A program made the translations under genes and the position numbers. The notes below the pieces were generated by a model that searched no databases, was not told where the DNA came from, and was given only the letters and a program-made list of their open reading frames with translations. This document shows, one piece after another, positions 38,446 through 51,599 of a DNA stretch of 64,000 nucleotides. This DNA is from Macrostomum lignano (lineage: Eukaryota), in contig NIVC01002286.1 of NCBI GenBank assembly GCA_002269645.1, positions 1-64,000 on the forward strand. The letters are read 5' to 3'. Positions within the stretch are counted from its first letter, which is position 1. Each line of letters starts with the position of its first letter.

Positions 38446-39026
38446 CAGTGACATTGGCTGCCAGTGTGATATTGACTGCCAGTGTGACATTGACTGCCAG
38501 TGTGACATTGACTGCCAGTGTGACATTGACTGTCAGTGTGACATTGACTGCCAGTGTGACATTAACTGCCAGAGTGACATTGACTGTCAGTGTGACATTG
38601 ACTGCCAGTGTGATATTGACTGTCAGTGTGACATTGACTGCCAGTGTGATATTGACTGCCAGTGTGACATTGACTGTCAGTGCGACATTAACTGTCAGTG
38701 TGACATTGACTGCCAGTGTGACATTGACTGTCAGTGCGACATTAACTGTCAGTGTGACATTGACTGTCAGTGCGACATTAACTGTCAGTGTGACATTGAC
38801 TGCCAGTGTGACATTGACTTTCAGTGTGATATTGACTTTCAGTGTGACATTGACTGTCAGTGTGACATTGACTGCCAGTGTGACATTGACTGTCAGTGTG
38901 ACATTGACTGTCAGTGTGACATTGACTGCCAGTGTGACATTGTCTGCCAGTGTGACATTGACTGCCAGTGTGACATTGACTGCCAGTGTGACATTGACTG
39001 CCAGTGTGACATTGGCTGCCAGTGAC
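38446..39026. repeat. 18-bp minisatellite (CAGTGTGACATTGACTGY)n immediately 3' of the PIH1D1 stop
   Basis: Visible period; produces the spurious CQCDID ORF. Confidence 0.96.
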
Positions 39027-39528
39027 ATCTTAGCACATTACACAATGACACCATTTTTCATCGTGTTGAAGGTCTGGAAGGTTCGTCAGGTCGAGAAAGC
39101 CGCTAGTTGACTACGAGGGTATTAGAGCGAGAAAGTTGATTCTGTGTGCAAACTCTCCGTCCAGCATGTACTTGTATGAAACTTGTATGAATCAATGTAT
39201 CTGTGCCTGCAAAGATTATTGATTTGCAGTTAATCCTTAGCTGCTGGCAGCTGTTAATCATATGAGACGCTTTGCAATTTTTGCATAACCATTTTTTTCT
39301 TAAAAAGAAACCGATTGCGATAAGTGATTTTGAATTTCACTTTTAGTTTTTGTACTTTTTGTCTTCTTTATTCAAAAGTTTGTAGATATTTTGTTGATTA
39401 TCACATAATTGTTTTGCCTGTAACTGGTTTCTCAGACAGAAAATAATTTTTTGCCTCTGATTAGTCAGAAAGAGGTCTGTCTGTCTCTATCTGGTCCAGA
39501 AAACATTGTCCTCTGATTCGTCAGAGAA

Positions 39529-40045
39529 AATGGTTTGCCAGTCGCTGATTGGTCTAGAGAGAGAAAATGGTTTGCCAGTCGCTGATTGGTCTAGAGAGAG
39601 AAAATGGTTTGCCAGTCGCTGATTGGTCTAGAGAGAGAAAATGGTTTACCAGTCGCTGATTGGTCTAGAGAGAGAAAATGGTTTGCCAGTCGCTGATTGG
39701 TCTAGAGAGTGGTTTACTAGTCGCTGATTAGTCTAGAGGGAGAAATGGTTTACCAGTCGCTGATTGGTCTAGAGGTCTAAAGAGAGAATGGTTTCCCAGT
39801 CGCTGATTGGTAACGGTTTGCCAGTCGCTGATTGGTCTAGAGAGAGAGAATGGTTTGCCAGTCGCTGATTGGTAACGGTTTGCCAGTCGCTGATTGGTCT
39901 AGAGAGAGAGAATGGTTTGCCAGTCGCTGATTGGTCTAGAGAATGGTTTCCCAGTCGCTGATTGGTCTAGAGAATGGTTTCCCAGTCGCTGATTGGTAAC
40001 GGTTTGCCAGTCGCTGATTGGTCTAGAGAGAGAGAATGGTTTGCC
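39529..40045. repeat. ~35-bp variable minisatellite (AATGGTTTGCCAGTCGCTGATTGGTCTAGAGAGAGA)n
   Basis: About 15 copies, each with GCTGATTGG (CCAAT box on the minus strand). Confidence 0.9.
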
Positions 40046-40219
40046 TGTTGCTTCAATAAGCTTTTACTTTGTTTCCATGTTTATCTGGCTTGTCTAAGGT
40101 TGGCATTTTCTGTCTTTATTAATAACCGGAAAATATTCTGAAAACATTACGACCCCTCAAGCCAATTCCAGAGTTAAAGCATCGCTGAGCTCTCCAGGCC
40201 GACAATCCGCCCAGCTCCC

Positions 40220-42500
40220 ATGGCCGCCGCCCCGCCCGCTGGCAAGACGCCAATCAGCTTACTGCAGGAGTTCAGCGTCAAGCGCTCCATCACCCCGGTG
40301 TACGATCTCATCGCCAACGAGGGCCCGGTGCACGAGCCGCTGTTCGTGTTCCAGTGCCGCGCTGGCGCCTTCTCCGGCATCGGCCGGGGTGTCAGCAAGA
40401 AGCGGGCCAAGCACAATGCCGCTCACGCCACCCTGCGGAAGATGCTGAACGATGGCGCTGCCCTCACCGAGCCTGAGTGCGCCACCATCAACCAGCTGTG
40501 CCAGGCCGACTCTGTTGCACCTTCGGGCAGCTCCGCGGCTGCGGCCGCTGCTGCTGCCAGCGCTGCCGCTGCTGCCGCTGCCGCCGCCGCTGCCGCTGCT
40601 TCAGCTGACGGCGGCGACTACGAAAACTCAGCTGCTGCCGCGGCTGCCACCGACGCGGCTGCCGCCGCTGCCTACCTGGCCAATCTGGAGGAGGACGACG
40701 AGGAGGCGGCCGGAAATCCCGTCGGCGAGCTGCAGGAGCTGTGCCAGCGCCGGCTGTGGCCGCAGGCCGCCTTTCACTTCGCCTGCTCGCCGGGCCCGGC
40801 GCAGACCCGCCAGTTCGTCTGCACTGCCAGCCTGTGGCGCTGGGAGCAGCAGGCCTGCGCCAGGTCCAAGCGCCTGGCTAAACGGCGGGCTGCTCAGGTG
40901 AGGCTGCGAACTTGAGTTTTGGCTGCGGGGGAACTGCGCAGATTGTTGGGGAGCTGCTCATATTGTAGGGAAATTGCTCACATTGTAGGAGAGCTGCTCA
41001 CATTGTAGGGAAACTGCTCAGATTGTTGGGGAACTGCTCAGATTGTTGGGGAACTGCTCAGATTGTTGGGGAACTGCTCAGATTGTTGGGGAACTGCTCA
41101 GATTGTTGGGGAACTGCTCAGATTGTTGGGGAACCTCTCAGATTGTTGGGGAACTCCTCAGATTGTAAGGGAGCTGCTCACATTGTAGAGGAACTACTCA
41201 TTGTTGGGGTGCTGCTCACATTGTAGAGGAACTACTCATTGTTGGGGTGCTGCTCACATTGTAGAGGAACTGCTCATTGTTGGGGTGCTGCTCACATTGT
41301 AGAGGAACTACTCATTGTTGGGGTGCTGCTCACATTGTAGAGGAACTACTCATTGTTGGGGTGCTGCTCACATTGTAGAGGAACTGCTCATTGTTGGGGA
41401 ACTGCTCACATTGAAGAGGAACTGCTCACATTGATGTGGAACTGCTCACATTGTAGAGGAACTGCTTACATTGATGTGGAACTGCTCACATTGTAGAGGA
41501 ACTGCTTACATTGATGTGGAACTGCTCACATTGTAGAGGAACGGCCAAGAAGCGTCCCAAAGTCACTTGCGTCGCCTCAGATTGGTTGCAGATAACACAG
41601 GTAAAATAGGAAAGAAGTGACTCTGAACGATTTTTAAAAACGACAAGATGTCACGGTACAAGTCGCCAAAAAATTGTCAGAGTCCAAGAATCAGTTTGAA
41701 ACGTTTTATTGTCTGCGACTCTGTAACGACTCTGGGGCCATAGAGTCGTATTTGAGCTGTGTTAGAGTCGCACAGCTCACTGTACCGGTAGCGTCACAAG
41801 AGTCGCTAGAGAGTTGTTTGCAACCACTTTTTAGCGATTCTTGTCACGGTACCGTTTTCAATGGGTTAGTGCTCGACAGGCGACAGACAGAGAACAGTCA
41901 AAGAGCTCATACTCCTTTCGTTAAGCCCTCTCCCAACGGCCAGAGTAGGTGTGGTTAATGCAGAACGGTATATAAATCCCTAATTCTGCTATTCCAATCC
42001 CAGCAGCACCCGCCCGTCTCCCACAGGCCCTCCTAGACCGAATCCGCGCCGAGAAGCTGACGATCCCGCAGGAGGAGCTGGACCTACTCGAAGAGGCCGA
42101 AATCCCCGTCGGCCGGGGCGCCGGCGAGGCCGGCCGCTCGTCCAGTCCGGCCAGGCTGTCCGCCACGGCCGGCACCGAGATCAACCGGCTGTTCGCCGGC
42201 CTTCGCGCTCGCAAAGGCGGCCCGACGCTCGGCCAGTTGGCCGAGTCGGCAGGTGGCGATGCCGACTGTCCGAAGGCGAGGCTGGAGGCGCTGGCGGCCG
42301 CGCACCGGTTCGCGCTGAACTTTCACGACTTGGCCGCGGGGCGCAGCGGCAAGGCGCCCTGCCTCCTGCGCCTGGGCACCGCGCCGCCGCTGGCAGCCGC
42401 AGGGTCCGGCGCCACGCCGGAGGAGGCGCGCGTCGAAGCCTGCCGCGCCGCTTTGGAGGCGCTGGCGGTGCTGACGGACCCGCACGGGCGGCCAGTCTAA
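40220..42500 (+). CDS. TARBP2: TRBP/PACT/Loquacious-family dsRNA-binding protein with three dsRBDs, 383 aa; exons 40220-40897 and 42027-42500
   Basis: dsRBD1 KTPISLLQE..EGPVHEPLFVFQC..GRGVSKKRAKHNAA; dsRBD2 NPVGELQELC; dsRBD3-type LEALAAAHRF..CLLRLGTAP..GSGATPEEAR..ALEAL. Phase-0 intron CAG|GTGAG..CACAG|GCC. Exact orthology among TARBP2, PRKRA and loqs is not resolvable here. Confidence 0.88.
40930..41540. repeat. 20-bp minisatellite (GATTGTTGGGGAACTGCTCA)n in the dsRBP intron
   Basis: Visible period starting ~30 nt after the donor. Confidence 0.93.
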
Positions 42501-44529
42501 ACTGACTGTTGGAGTGAACTGCTGTGACTGCTGGGGCTGTTGGAGTGACCTGCTGGAGCTGTTGGAGTGAACTTCTGGGGCTGTTAGAGTGAACTGCTGG
42601 GGCTGTTGGCGTGAACTGCTGAGTTTGGGAATCCTGTCCCTCTGGTCTTACTCCAGAGCAATATTAGAGTAATTGCATTTTATTAAACGTTTAAACTTAA
42701 TAATTTATTGTTAGGCACTTTTTTCAATTGTCACTCACATTGTGAATTGAAATTTTAAAATGTTGAATTGCTGCAATGTTTGTGTACAAACCTGCTACTT
42801 ACAGTAGATATCATCAATGATCCAAATTGTTGCTGCGATGCAGTCTGAACTGTCATTTTTCAGTTAGTTTATATCTCATATTTTTATTAACTTGAAATAA
42901 ATATCATTTCGCCAGAAGACAGACTTCTTGTAAATCAGCTGGCACACTTTAACAAGTTTGAGACTCCGTTTGGTTGTTTAATTTTCTTAGAAATGCATTC
43001 ACACATAAAGTGCATTTACATGTACTACTAATGGTGCTCCCAACGACTCAATTAGGACAGGGATCTTCGGCTGAGTTTTTTAACTAGAAGAATTCTCAAT
43101 CGAGTCCGTTTATTATTCGCGCAAACCCAGTCCCCAAATTGTTTTCTGAGAAACACAACTTTCCCGTCTTCTACTTGAGTCGTCTTTGGGTGGTCCTTGA
43201 ATTTTTCAGAGTTTCGCGGTCCCCGCCTGCAATAAAAATTCTCTGAGAACCGGGTCCAGCCGGCTATCCTCAGGTTCGAATGCTGAAAATGGGGAATAAT
43301 ATTTTTCTGAGAAGCCGCCGATGAGCAACCCGTCAAAATTGCCTTGCTGCTTTCTTTGCTTTTTTTAATTAGTGATTAGGCTTTGGCAGCGCGGAGGCCT
43401 GACTGACGCGTCACGCAGAGTCTCGCGAACCGCGGTGGCATCAGCTGCTGTGCCATTGTCGAGTCTCAGCTCTGGTCTGTCCTCCTCTTTTTCAACTCGA
43501 CATCGCGTGCTGCAAATGTTAGGAACTGTTCACTAATTACCTGAGCAGGGCCGTGTTTTGCTGCTGTTTTTTTTTAAGGGAAAACACGATTCTTCGTTGC
43601 CTTCTAATAATCCATCTGTTTCTTCTGTCGAGTCTGAGAGTGCGATATCCGATTATTCCGTGAGGCATGTAATTCAGCCTGACATACTATATTTGGAAGT
43701 TAAATGATTTTGAGACAGTTTGTCGTCAGCTTTCATTCTTTGGGAAGTTCAAGGAAGTGCGCAGGAAGAAAATTAGTCTGGCAAACTGAGGCCAGAATTC
43801 AGGAACCGACAGTGGCTTCCCCAGCAGGTAGACATTCGAATTATCCCGAGTATGCTGATGCCGCAGCGACAGCCGGACATCCCAGAATTGATGAATGCTG
43901 CTTGGGGGATAATTATCACACACGAGCCGGCTCGCCCCACAATGAAAAACAAAGTCCGGCAGGGAAATTTTATCACGCAAAACTAGGAGACGACAGGCCT
44001 TGCTCTAAACTTGTATTTTCGAGGGAAGTCTGCAGTGTTGTAAGCAACAGCATATACATGTAGATGTAGCTCATCGATTTTGATGTCCCGTCGAAGTAAA
44101 AGTACATTTAGCTCGTAGCTACCATCACTGTTTCTGCTGGTTAGAATATTTACTCTCGTACCCCCCTCCCAATATGTGCTTGAATTTATAGCAAAACTAA
44201 CTATTCTATAATTAACTATTTTGATGGACAAATGCTAGCAAACACTGTGTATAAGTTCGTATATTATTGATTGCATATTAAAACAGTGAAAAGCACAGGT
44301 CAGAAAGTAACTTACCTTGCCTGGTACGCAAATCACTAATGCTCGCCCTTCGCTTTGAGCGACTTAATACAGAATAATTTTCTGAATTCTGCAGCTTGAA
44401 GTAAAACCTTAACGGTCGAGAAGATGCGTTGAACGAAGATAAAAAACATCGAGAATTTTGGGAGGCGGGAAGTGTCTGACATTATACTGTATGTAAGCCT
44501 ATCCCACTTAGCAGAGACGAGAATAGTGC

Positions 44530-44935
44530 ACACTACACTCTAACCCCACCCCACTCTGCGGGAGACGAGAATCGCGTACACTACACTCTAACCCACCCCA
44601 CTCCGCGGGAGACGAGAATCGCGTACACTACACTCTAACCCACCCCACTCCGCGGGAGACGAGAATCGCGTACACTACACTCTAACCCACCCCACTCCGC
44701 GGGAGACGAGAATCGCGTACACTACACTCTAACCCACCCCACTCCGCGGGAGACGAGAATCGCGTACACTACACTCTAACCCACCCCACTCCGCGGGAGA
44801 CGAGAATCGCGTACACTACACTCTAACCCACCCCACTCCGCGGGAGACGAGAATCGCGTACACTACACTCTAACCCACCCCACTCCGCGAGCGCAACCTA
44901 CACTCTAACCCCACCCCACTCCGTGGGAGACGGAA
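44530..44935. repeat. 47-bp minisatellite (CACTACACTCTAACCCACCCCACTCCGCGGGAGACGAGAATCGCGTA)n
   Basis: About 8 near-identical copies. Confidence 0.95.
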
Positions 44936-45689
44936 TCGCGAATACAGCTAAAGCAGAAAACTTGACCGCTCACAGAATTTGAACCGTACAATTTAAATCA
45001 AATTATTCGGCGACTTATGGCTACCGAGAATATTCACGATGCAAATTTTATCGATCTACTTTGTCTCAATCTAGTTTTCTCAATATTTATTCGTAATAAA
45101 GTAGGTGGTTAAAGAATGGGCTGTCATCATTTCAAATTATCGAGCTACCTCGTAGCTGACTGTCCCCTCCCATTGAGTCGCATATCCACTTGAATATTTT
45201 ATGAGGCCTACGAGCTAGCGAAATGCACTGCCCTGTTTTCAGCGAGAACATTTAGTGGGGTGGAGTGAAGGGAGAGAGGAAAAAGCAAGACTAATCGCTG
45301 AGTCCGTAAGCGCTTAGCGGACTGAATCTGATGAAGTTGGACCCCGCTAAGCAGAAATCGGAGTCAAAGAGGGGAGCGAAGAATCAATACGCTTGAGGCT
45401 CTGAGTCCCTGAATTCCCTCCCCTCCGCATTCTATCAGTCACGGAATATTCCAGATTGCACTTTTATAACTTTTGAGTGCGGCTTTCTTTAGATCTCAGG
45501 ATCTGAGAATCGGTCGCATAACTGCCTTAATAAAGTTGATTGTCGATTATTGTCCCCGGTTAATCGATTCTGCGGCTTGAACTTTAAAAGCTAAATTAAT
45601 CTTCACATTTTGCAGAAAAATTATTTATCAACTTTGGGCTAGGCTGTTTTATGCCACTGTTGATAGAAAACTTGTAAAGGAGGTCACCC

Positions 45690-46030
45690 TGAAGGATCTC
45701 TGGGGTAGCAGGGGTAGCAGCGTTCTGAAGGATCATAGATGAGGGGTAGCCCCGCTCTGAAGGATCATAGATGAGGTGTAGCCCCGCTCTGAAGGATCAT
45801 AGATGAGGTGTAGCCCCGCTCTGAAGGATCATAGATGAGGGGTAGCCCCGCTCTGAAGGATCATAGATGAGGGGTAGCGGCCCCCTGAAGGATCATAGAT
45901 GAGGGGTAGCGGCCCCCTGAAGGATCATAGATGAGGGGTAGCGGCCCCCTGAAGGATCATAGATGAGGGGTAGCGGCCCCCTGAAGGATCATAGATGAGG
46001 AGTAGCAGCGCCCTGAAGGATGATAAGATG
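45690..46030. repeat. 32-bp minisatellite (CTGAAGGATCATAGATGAGGGGTAGCCCCGCT)n
   Basis: About 10 copies. Confidence 0.93.
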
Positions 46031-47294
46031 AGGAGAAGTAGAGGATAAAAAGCAAATGATGGAAAGTCAACAGTCTCACAATGAAGCCCAGACCCCCGGA
46101 CCCCCTCTTACAGCTGCATCCAATGGTCCGTGACTTTTGCTCAGTTTTCAGCTACCAATTAGAAACAATTAAGCTCTCAGTCGTGCCGGCATCCGACTGT
46201 TGACTCAAATAACAAGCAAAAAACAAAAATCCCACCGCTACTTGCGCGGCTCCCCTTTGATCCACAGTTCCTCTGTTTTCTGAAAAAATTATTTTCCCTA
46301 TAATTTCTCTGCCAATGCCGCTTGCAGCCTCCCAGGCTGGCTTCATCAATCAGGGATGCAAGAAAGGTAACAATTTTCTGCAGATGAATAATCGATATCT
46401 GCTTTGAGTCGGTCTCTGCTGTTTGAGATGGGGGGCATTTTCACCCAGCAAGATCTGTCTTGTTCCTGGGACTTTGGAAACATATGCCATTTTCTCTGCT
46501 TGAAGAAGCAAGATAAATTGGCACCAATTATCACCTTGCGCTGGCGGACCCACTGCTTCAAGAAGCGCAAATTCATGGTTCTCAAAATCGCAACCCATAG
46601 TTAAAACAGACCATTGAGTCTGTAAGGTCTGTGCGCTGCTCAAAGTGATGCAGCTGCCTGCTGGCCTGCCTCCCACTTAGTCCTCAAGCGGATGTCATTC
46701 AGATCGGTTGGTTTGCTGAATCCCCCCTGGGGAGAGACTCCATCATGGATCTGAGGGCCTGCAGCCTCACTCAAATGCGGATTCGACAAAACGGGGGTCG
46801 AATATTAGACAGTCTGCCGGGCGCGGCAATTAATCCGATGGGGTGCATGCAAATTTTGTAACCTGAGGTTGAGGCTCAGCCTGAGTAGCTGAGTGATGAC
46901 GGAAACTGGGAAGAGCAGGGGTGTCAGCGGGTGCGGTTCTGCGGCTTTCTCATTAAAATGCGGAATGTCTTTGGCTTCCCAGCATGCCATGCAGCTAAAT
47001 AGTTACTGGGTCAGCGCCAGTCCTCCCTGTTCTCAGTGCGACTGGCTGCCAATCAGATTACTTTGAAAACCTGAGCAGGCTTTGGGAGGATATTAAGCAA
47101 TCTTATCTGGACAATGTCAAGACTGAAGCATTGCTGCTCTTATCGGACACTACATCCTGCTGGGTTGCCTGCATTCTAAAGTGCGCCAAAATACTGGACA
47201 GACTTTGAGTCTGCTCCCGGGGAATTTCGATAGATGAGTGAGCATAGCGACTGACATCTGCTTGCACTTTTTAGCCCGACTTTTAGCCCCAACC

Positions 47295-47990
47295 TCTATG
47301 AGTTTAGTATGAACCCCCATCTCTATGATACCCCAATCTATATGAACCCCAATCCCTATGATCCCCAATCTCTATGATCCCCAATCCCTATGATCCCCAA
47401 TCTCTATGATCCCCAATCTATATGATCCCCAATCTCTATGAACCCAATCTCTATGATCCCCAATCTCTATGATCCCCAATATCTATGATCCCCAATCTCT
47501 ATGATACCCAATCTCTATGATCCCCAATCTCATGATCCCCAATCTCTATGATAGCATAATACATCAATCGATATGATCCCCAATCTCTATGAACCCAATC
47601 TCCATGATCCCCAATCTCTATGATCCCCAATCTATATGAACCCAATCTCTATGATACCCCAAACTCTATGATCCCCAATCTCTATAAACCCAGTCTCTAT
47701 GATACCCCAATCTCTATGAGCCCAATCTCTATGATCCTACAAACCCCAAACTACACAAACCCCAAACTACACAAACCCCAAACTACACAAACCCCAAACT
47801 ACACAAACCCCAAACTACACAAACCCCAAACTACACAAACCCCAAACTACACAAACCCCAAACTACACAAACCCCAAACTACACAAACCCCAAACTACAC
47901 AAACCCCAAACTACACAAACCCCAAACTACACAAACCCCAAACTACACAAACCCCAAACTACACAAACCCCAAACTACACAAACCCCAAA
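47295..47990. repeat. Two abutting 16-bp minisatellites: (CTCTATGATCCCCAAT)n then (ACAAACCCCAAACTAC)n
   Basis: Switch at ~47740; both have a 16-nt period and share CCCCAA. Confidence 0.93.
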
Positions 47991-49122
47991 CAGTACACTC
48001 AACCAGCCTGAGAAATTCCCCCAAAAAGTGCTATTGGTGTATCAATATTCCACAGAACTCCATAGTTAATCTCGGAGCAATGGAGCTCAGAGCAATAAAA
48101 ATGGTTTTCTGTTTATTTCATCTCATGCTAATGCCCAAACACTATGTGATATTCGTATGCAGAATTTCTACTCAGCTTTTTCACCTGGCCTAAACTCGTA
48201 TGTTGCTCCTGAGCATCATACAGAATGGGGAAAAAAGGTGCTCGGGCAGAAATATTTCTGCCTCAATTTATTGATGGCCTGGCCAGGCGCTTGAAGCGGG
48301 CCAGCAATGTGCGCCAGGCGGCCGCTTTCCCAGTTCCCTGCTTTCACCTCTCACGCGGCTATCCCGTTCCCAACGCATTTTTCTCCCAAACCGTCCCCCA
48401 TCGCCCCCGGTGAAAAGTTCTTCCCATTCCTTCTGGGCCGAGGATCCTAAAAAAGCCATCGGGGCTATTAGTTTCCATTGGGATAAGTTTCCCAACCCTG
48501 ATCCTACAGCAGAACAGCTACCGTAGGGCAGAAGCTTACTCAGCAAACCTTACCTTTAGAACCACCTCCTTCCAGTGCAGCTGCATGACTGACTCAATTT
48601 AGGGAATCGAGTTGCCCGGGGGGATTAATTCAGTTAATCCATCAGTTTCAGCTGCAGCTCGGGGGGGGGCGCAGCGGTGGAAGAAGACGACGGCTCGATG
48701 AAAGCGGCGCGCACCGCAGGGTCAACAAATGCGTGCGGCACGGCAGGGCGGACCCTCCAACCGCCCGCTCGGAGTGTCGCCCCGGCCCTGCATGTTACAC
48801 TGAAAAGTTAAAAGTACAATCGGTTCGTTCGGTCTCCCCCCCCAGGTGAGGGCATCGCTTTCCCATCCGTCAGAGAAATGCAAGCAGCAAAGCCGTTTTT
48901 GCTTCGCATTTTCGCTGGGGACAGCAGAGTTAAGCCATAATAACAGTTCAAGTCCCGCCTCCCGCAACGCAACACACGTGAGTGCCGATCCAAAGTTGAT
49001 GCAGCTCGCGGAGAGGCTGCAACTTTATTGCCAAAGTCCCATTTGTAGCCGCTCTTACCAAACATTGGAACTGAAGCTGAAGAGGGACTTAAAAAATGAA
49101 ATAAGTATCTGAAATAAACAGA

Positions 49123-50770
49123 GGAGAGAAGGGGAGAAGAGAGAAGGGGAGAAGAAAGAAGGGGAGAAAAGAGAAGGGGAGAGGAGAGAAGGGGAGAGGG
49201 GAGAAGGGGAGAAGAAAGAAGGGGAGAAAAGAGAAGGGGAGAGGAGAGAAGGGGAGAAGAGAGAAGGGGAGAGGGGAGAAGGGGAAAGGAGAGAAGGGGA
49301 GAGGAGAGAAGGGGAGAGGAGAGAAGGGGAGAAGAGAGAAGGGGAGAGGGGAGAAGGGGAAAGGAGAGAAGGGGAGAGGAGAGAAGGGGAGAGGAGAGAA
49401 GGGGAGAGGGGAGAAGGGGAAAGAAGAGAAGGGGAGAGGAGAGAAGGGGAGAGGAGAGAAGGGGAGAAGAGAGAAGGGGAGAGGGGAGAAGGGGAAAGGA
49501 GAGAAGGGGAGAGGGGAGAAGGGGAGAGGAGAGAAGGGGAGAGGGGAGAAGGGGAAAGAAGAGAAGGGGAGAGGGGAGAAGGGGAGAGGAGAGAAGGGGA
49601 GAGGGGAGAAGGGGAAAGAAGAGAAGGGGAGAGGAGAGAAGGGGAGAGGAGAGAAGGGGAGAAGAGAGAAGGGGAGAGGGGAGAAGGGGAAAGGAGAGAA
49701 GGGGAGAGGGGAGAAGGGGAGAGGAGAGAAGGGGAGAGGAGAGAAGGGGAGAAGAGAGAAGGGGAGAGGGGAGAAGGGGAGAGGAGAGAAGGGGAGAGGA
49801 GAGAAGGGGAGAGGAGAGAAGGGGAGAAAAGAGAGGGGGAGAGGAGAGAAGGGGAGAGGGGAGAAGGGGAGAAGAGAGAAGGGGAGAAAAGAGAAGGGGA
49901 GAGGAGAGAAGGGGAGAGGGGAGAAGGGGAGAGGAGAGAAGGGGAGAGGAGAGAAGGGGAGAGGAGAGAAGGGGAGAGGGAGAAGGGGAGAGGGGAGAAG
50001 GGGAGAGGAGAGAAGGGGAGAAGAGAGAAGGGGAGATGAGAGAAGGGAGAGGGGAGAAGGGGAGAGGAGAGAAGGGGAGAGGAGAGAAGGGGAGAAGAGA
50101 GAAGGGGAGAGGGGAGAAGGGGAGAGGGGAGAAGGGGAGAGGAGAGAAGGGGAGAAGAGAGAAGGGGAGAGGGGAGAAGGGGAGAGGAGAGAAGGGGAGA
50201 GGAGAGAAGGGGAGAGGGGAGAAGGGGAGAGGAGAGAAGGGGAGAGAGGAGAAGGGGAGAGGAGAGAAGGGGAGAGGGGAGAAGGGGAGAAGAGAGAAGG
50301 GGAGAAAAGAGAAGGGGAGAGGAGAGAAGGGGAGAGGGGAGAAGGGGAGAGGAGAGAAGGGGAGAGGAGAGAAGGGGAGAGGAGAGAAGGGGAGAGGGGA
50401 GAAGGGGAGAGGGGAGAAGGGGAGAGGAGAGAAGGGGAGAAGAGAGAAGGGGAGATGAGAGAAGGGAGAGGGGAGAAGGGGAGAGGAGAGAAGGGGAGAG
50501 GAGAGAAGGGGAGAAGAGAGAAGGGGAGAGGGGAGAAGGGGAGAGGGAGAAGGGGAGAGGAGAGAAGGGGAGAAGAGAGAAGGGGAGAGGGAGAAGGGGA
50601 GAGGAGAGAAGGGGAGAGGAGAGAAGGGGAGAGGGGAGAAGGGGAGAGGAGAGAAGGGGAGAGAGGAGAAGGGGAGAGGAGAGAAGGGGAGAGGAGAGAA
50701 GGGGAGAGGAGAGAAGGGGAGAGGGGAGAAGGGGAGAGGAGAGAAGGGGAGAGGAGAGAAGGGGAGAGAG
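49123..50770. repeat. 1.65-kb essentially pure polypurine tract (GAGAAGGGGAGAGGA)n
   Basis: Almost only G and A on the + strand. Confidence 0.97.
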
Positions 50771-51599
50771 CCCGATAAGGTCTAGCTGGTGAAAGTGAAG
50801 CAGTGCAGCAGCATCCCCAAAGGATGCCCAGTTCTGATGGATTCACCTTCGTGAGCCCGCAAGCCGCCCTCTCTAGTTGTGTCCCCTGGAACCGGTTCGC
50901 ACTGTGTCCCGGGATTTTCGCAAAAACGCCATAAACTGCGGCAGCTTTGATCTTAGATAGCGAAGCGGCATTGTATCGGATTAATTAATTAAGCGTGGTA
51001 AAAAATACCGAGCGCTGCGGTGCTCCAGTGATGGATCTGCTGGTTATATCAATACATTGTTTAACTTTTCCATTTATTTAGAATGATAGCGAGATATGCC
51101 TGGGGTGGGGGGCAGCAGTCACCCAGTTCATGCGCACACAGACAGGCAGGGGAGAGTCCTTGTCACTCAGGCTGCTCCAGGCTTAAGCCGGAGACCGCGG
51201 GGCCCTGGAATGTGAGCGACTGGACAACAGTGCGGGCTGCTAGAGTGGGGATGGCTTAGTGCTCTCTCATGCCGCATCCTCAAAATCAGGTAGATGTACA
51301 TATCGGACGGCTGTTTCACCTCGGACAGCTCAAGTAAAACTTTTCCATCTTTGAAAACTAATAAAACTTTGAAAAAATAACTTCCCAAGCTCGCTAGTCC
51401 TTGACTAGCACTGCATTGCCTCTAACGCCGACAAGTTAAGCTTATCTGACAGAGGTTAGTACGCAGCCGGATAGACTGCCACCGTGAACTACATGAAATG
51501 GCTTTGAAGTGCCAGAGTCCCCTCTACTTGAGCTGTCCGAGTGGGTGATAAACGCTTGGGGCACCGGACCCCTGTCTGTCACTCAGCCTCCCCTGTCTG

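Noticed and set aside
38237-39025. Cys-rich CQCDID ORF resembling a metallothionein or keratin-associated protein
   Set aside because: It is an 18-bp minisatellite translation overlapping PIH1D1 in another frame.
44530-44935. Possible CRISPR array (also considered for the 32-, 39- and 48-bp arrays)
   Set aside because: Head-to-tail monomers with no unique spacers, no cas genes, and a eukaryotic intron-exon context.
47740-47990. Telomere-like C-rich repeat (also 55223-56580)
   Set aside because: Monomers are 16-19 bp and lack TTAGGG.
46150-49100. Several 60-110-aa ORFs and a splice-like GTAAGG at 48553
   Set aside because: No domain similarity, no consistent exon chain and non-coding composition.
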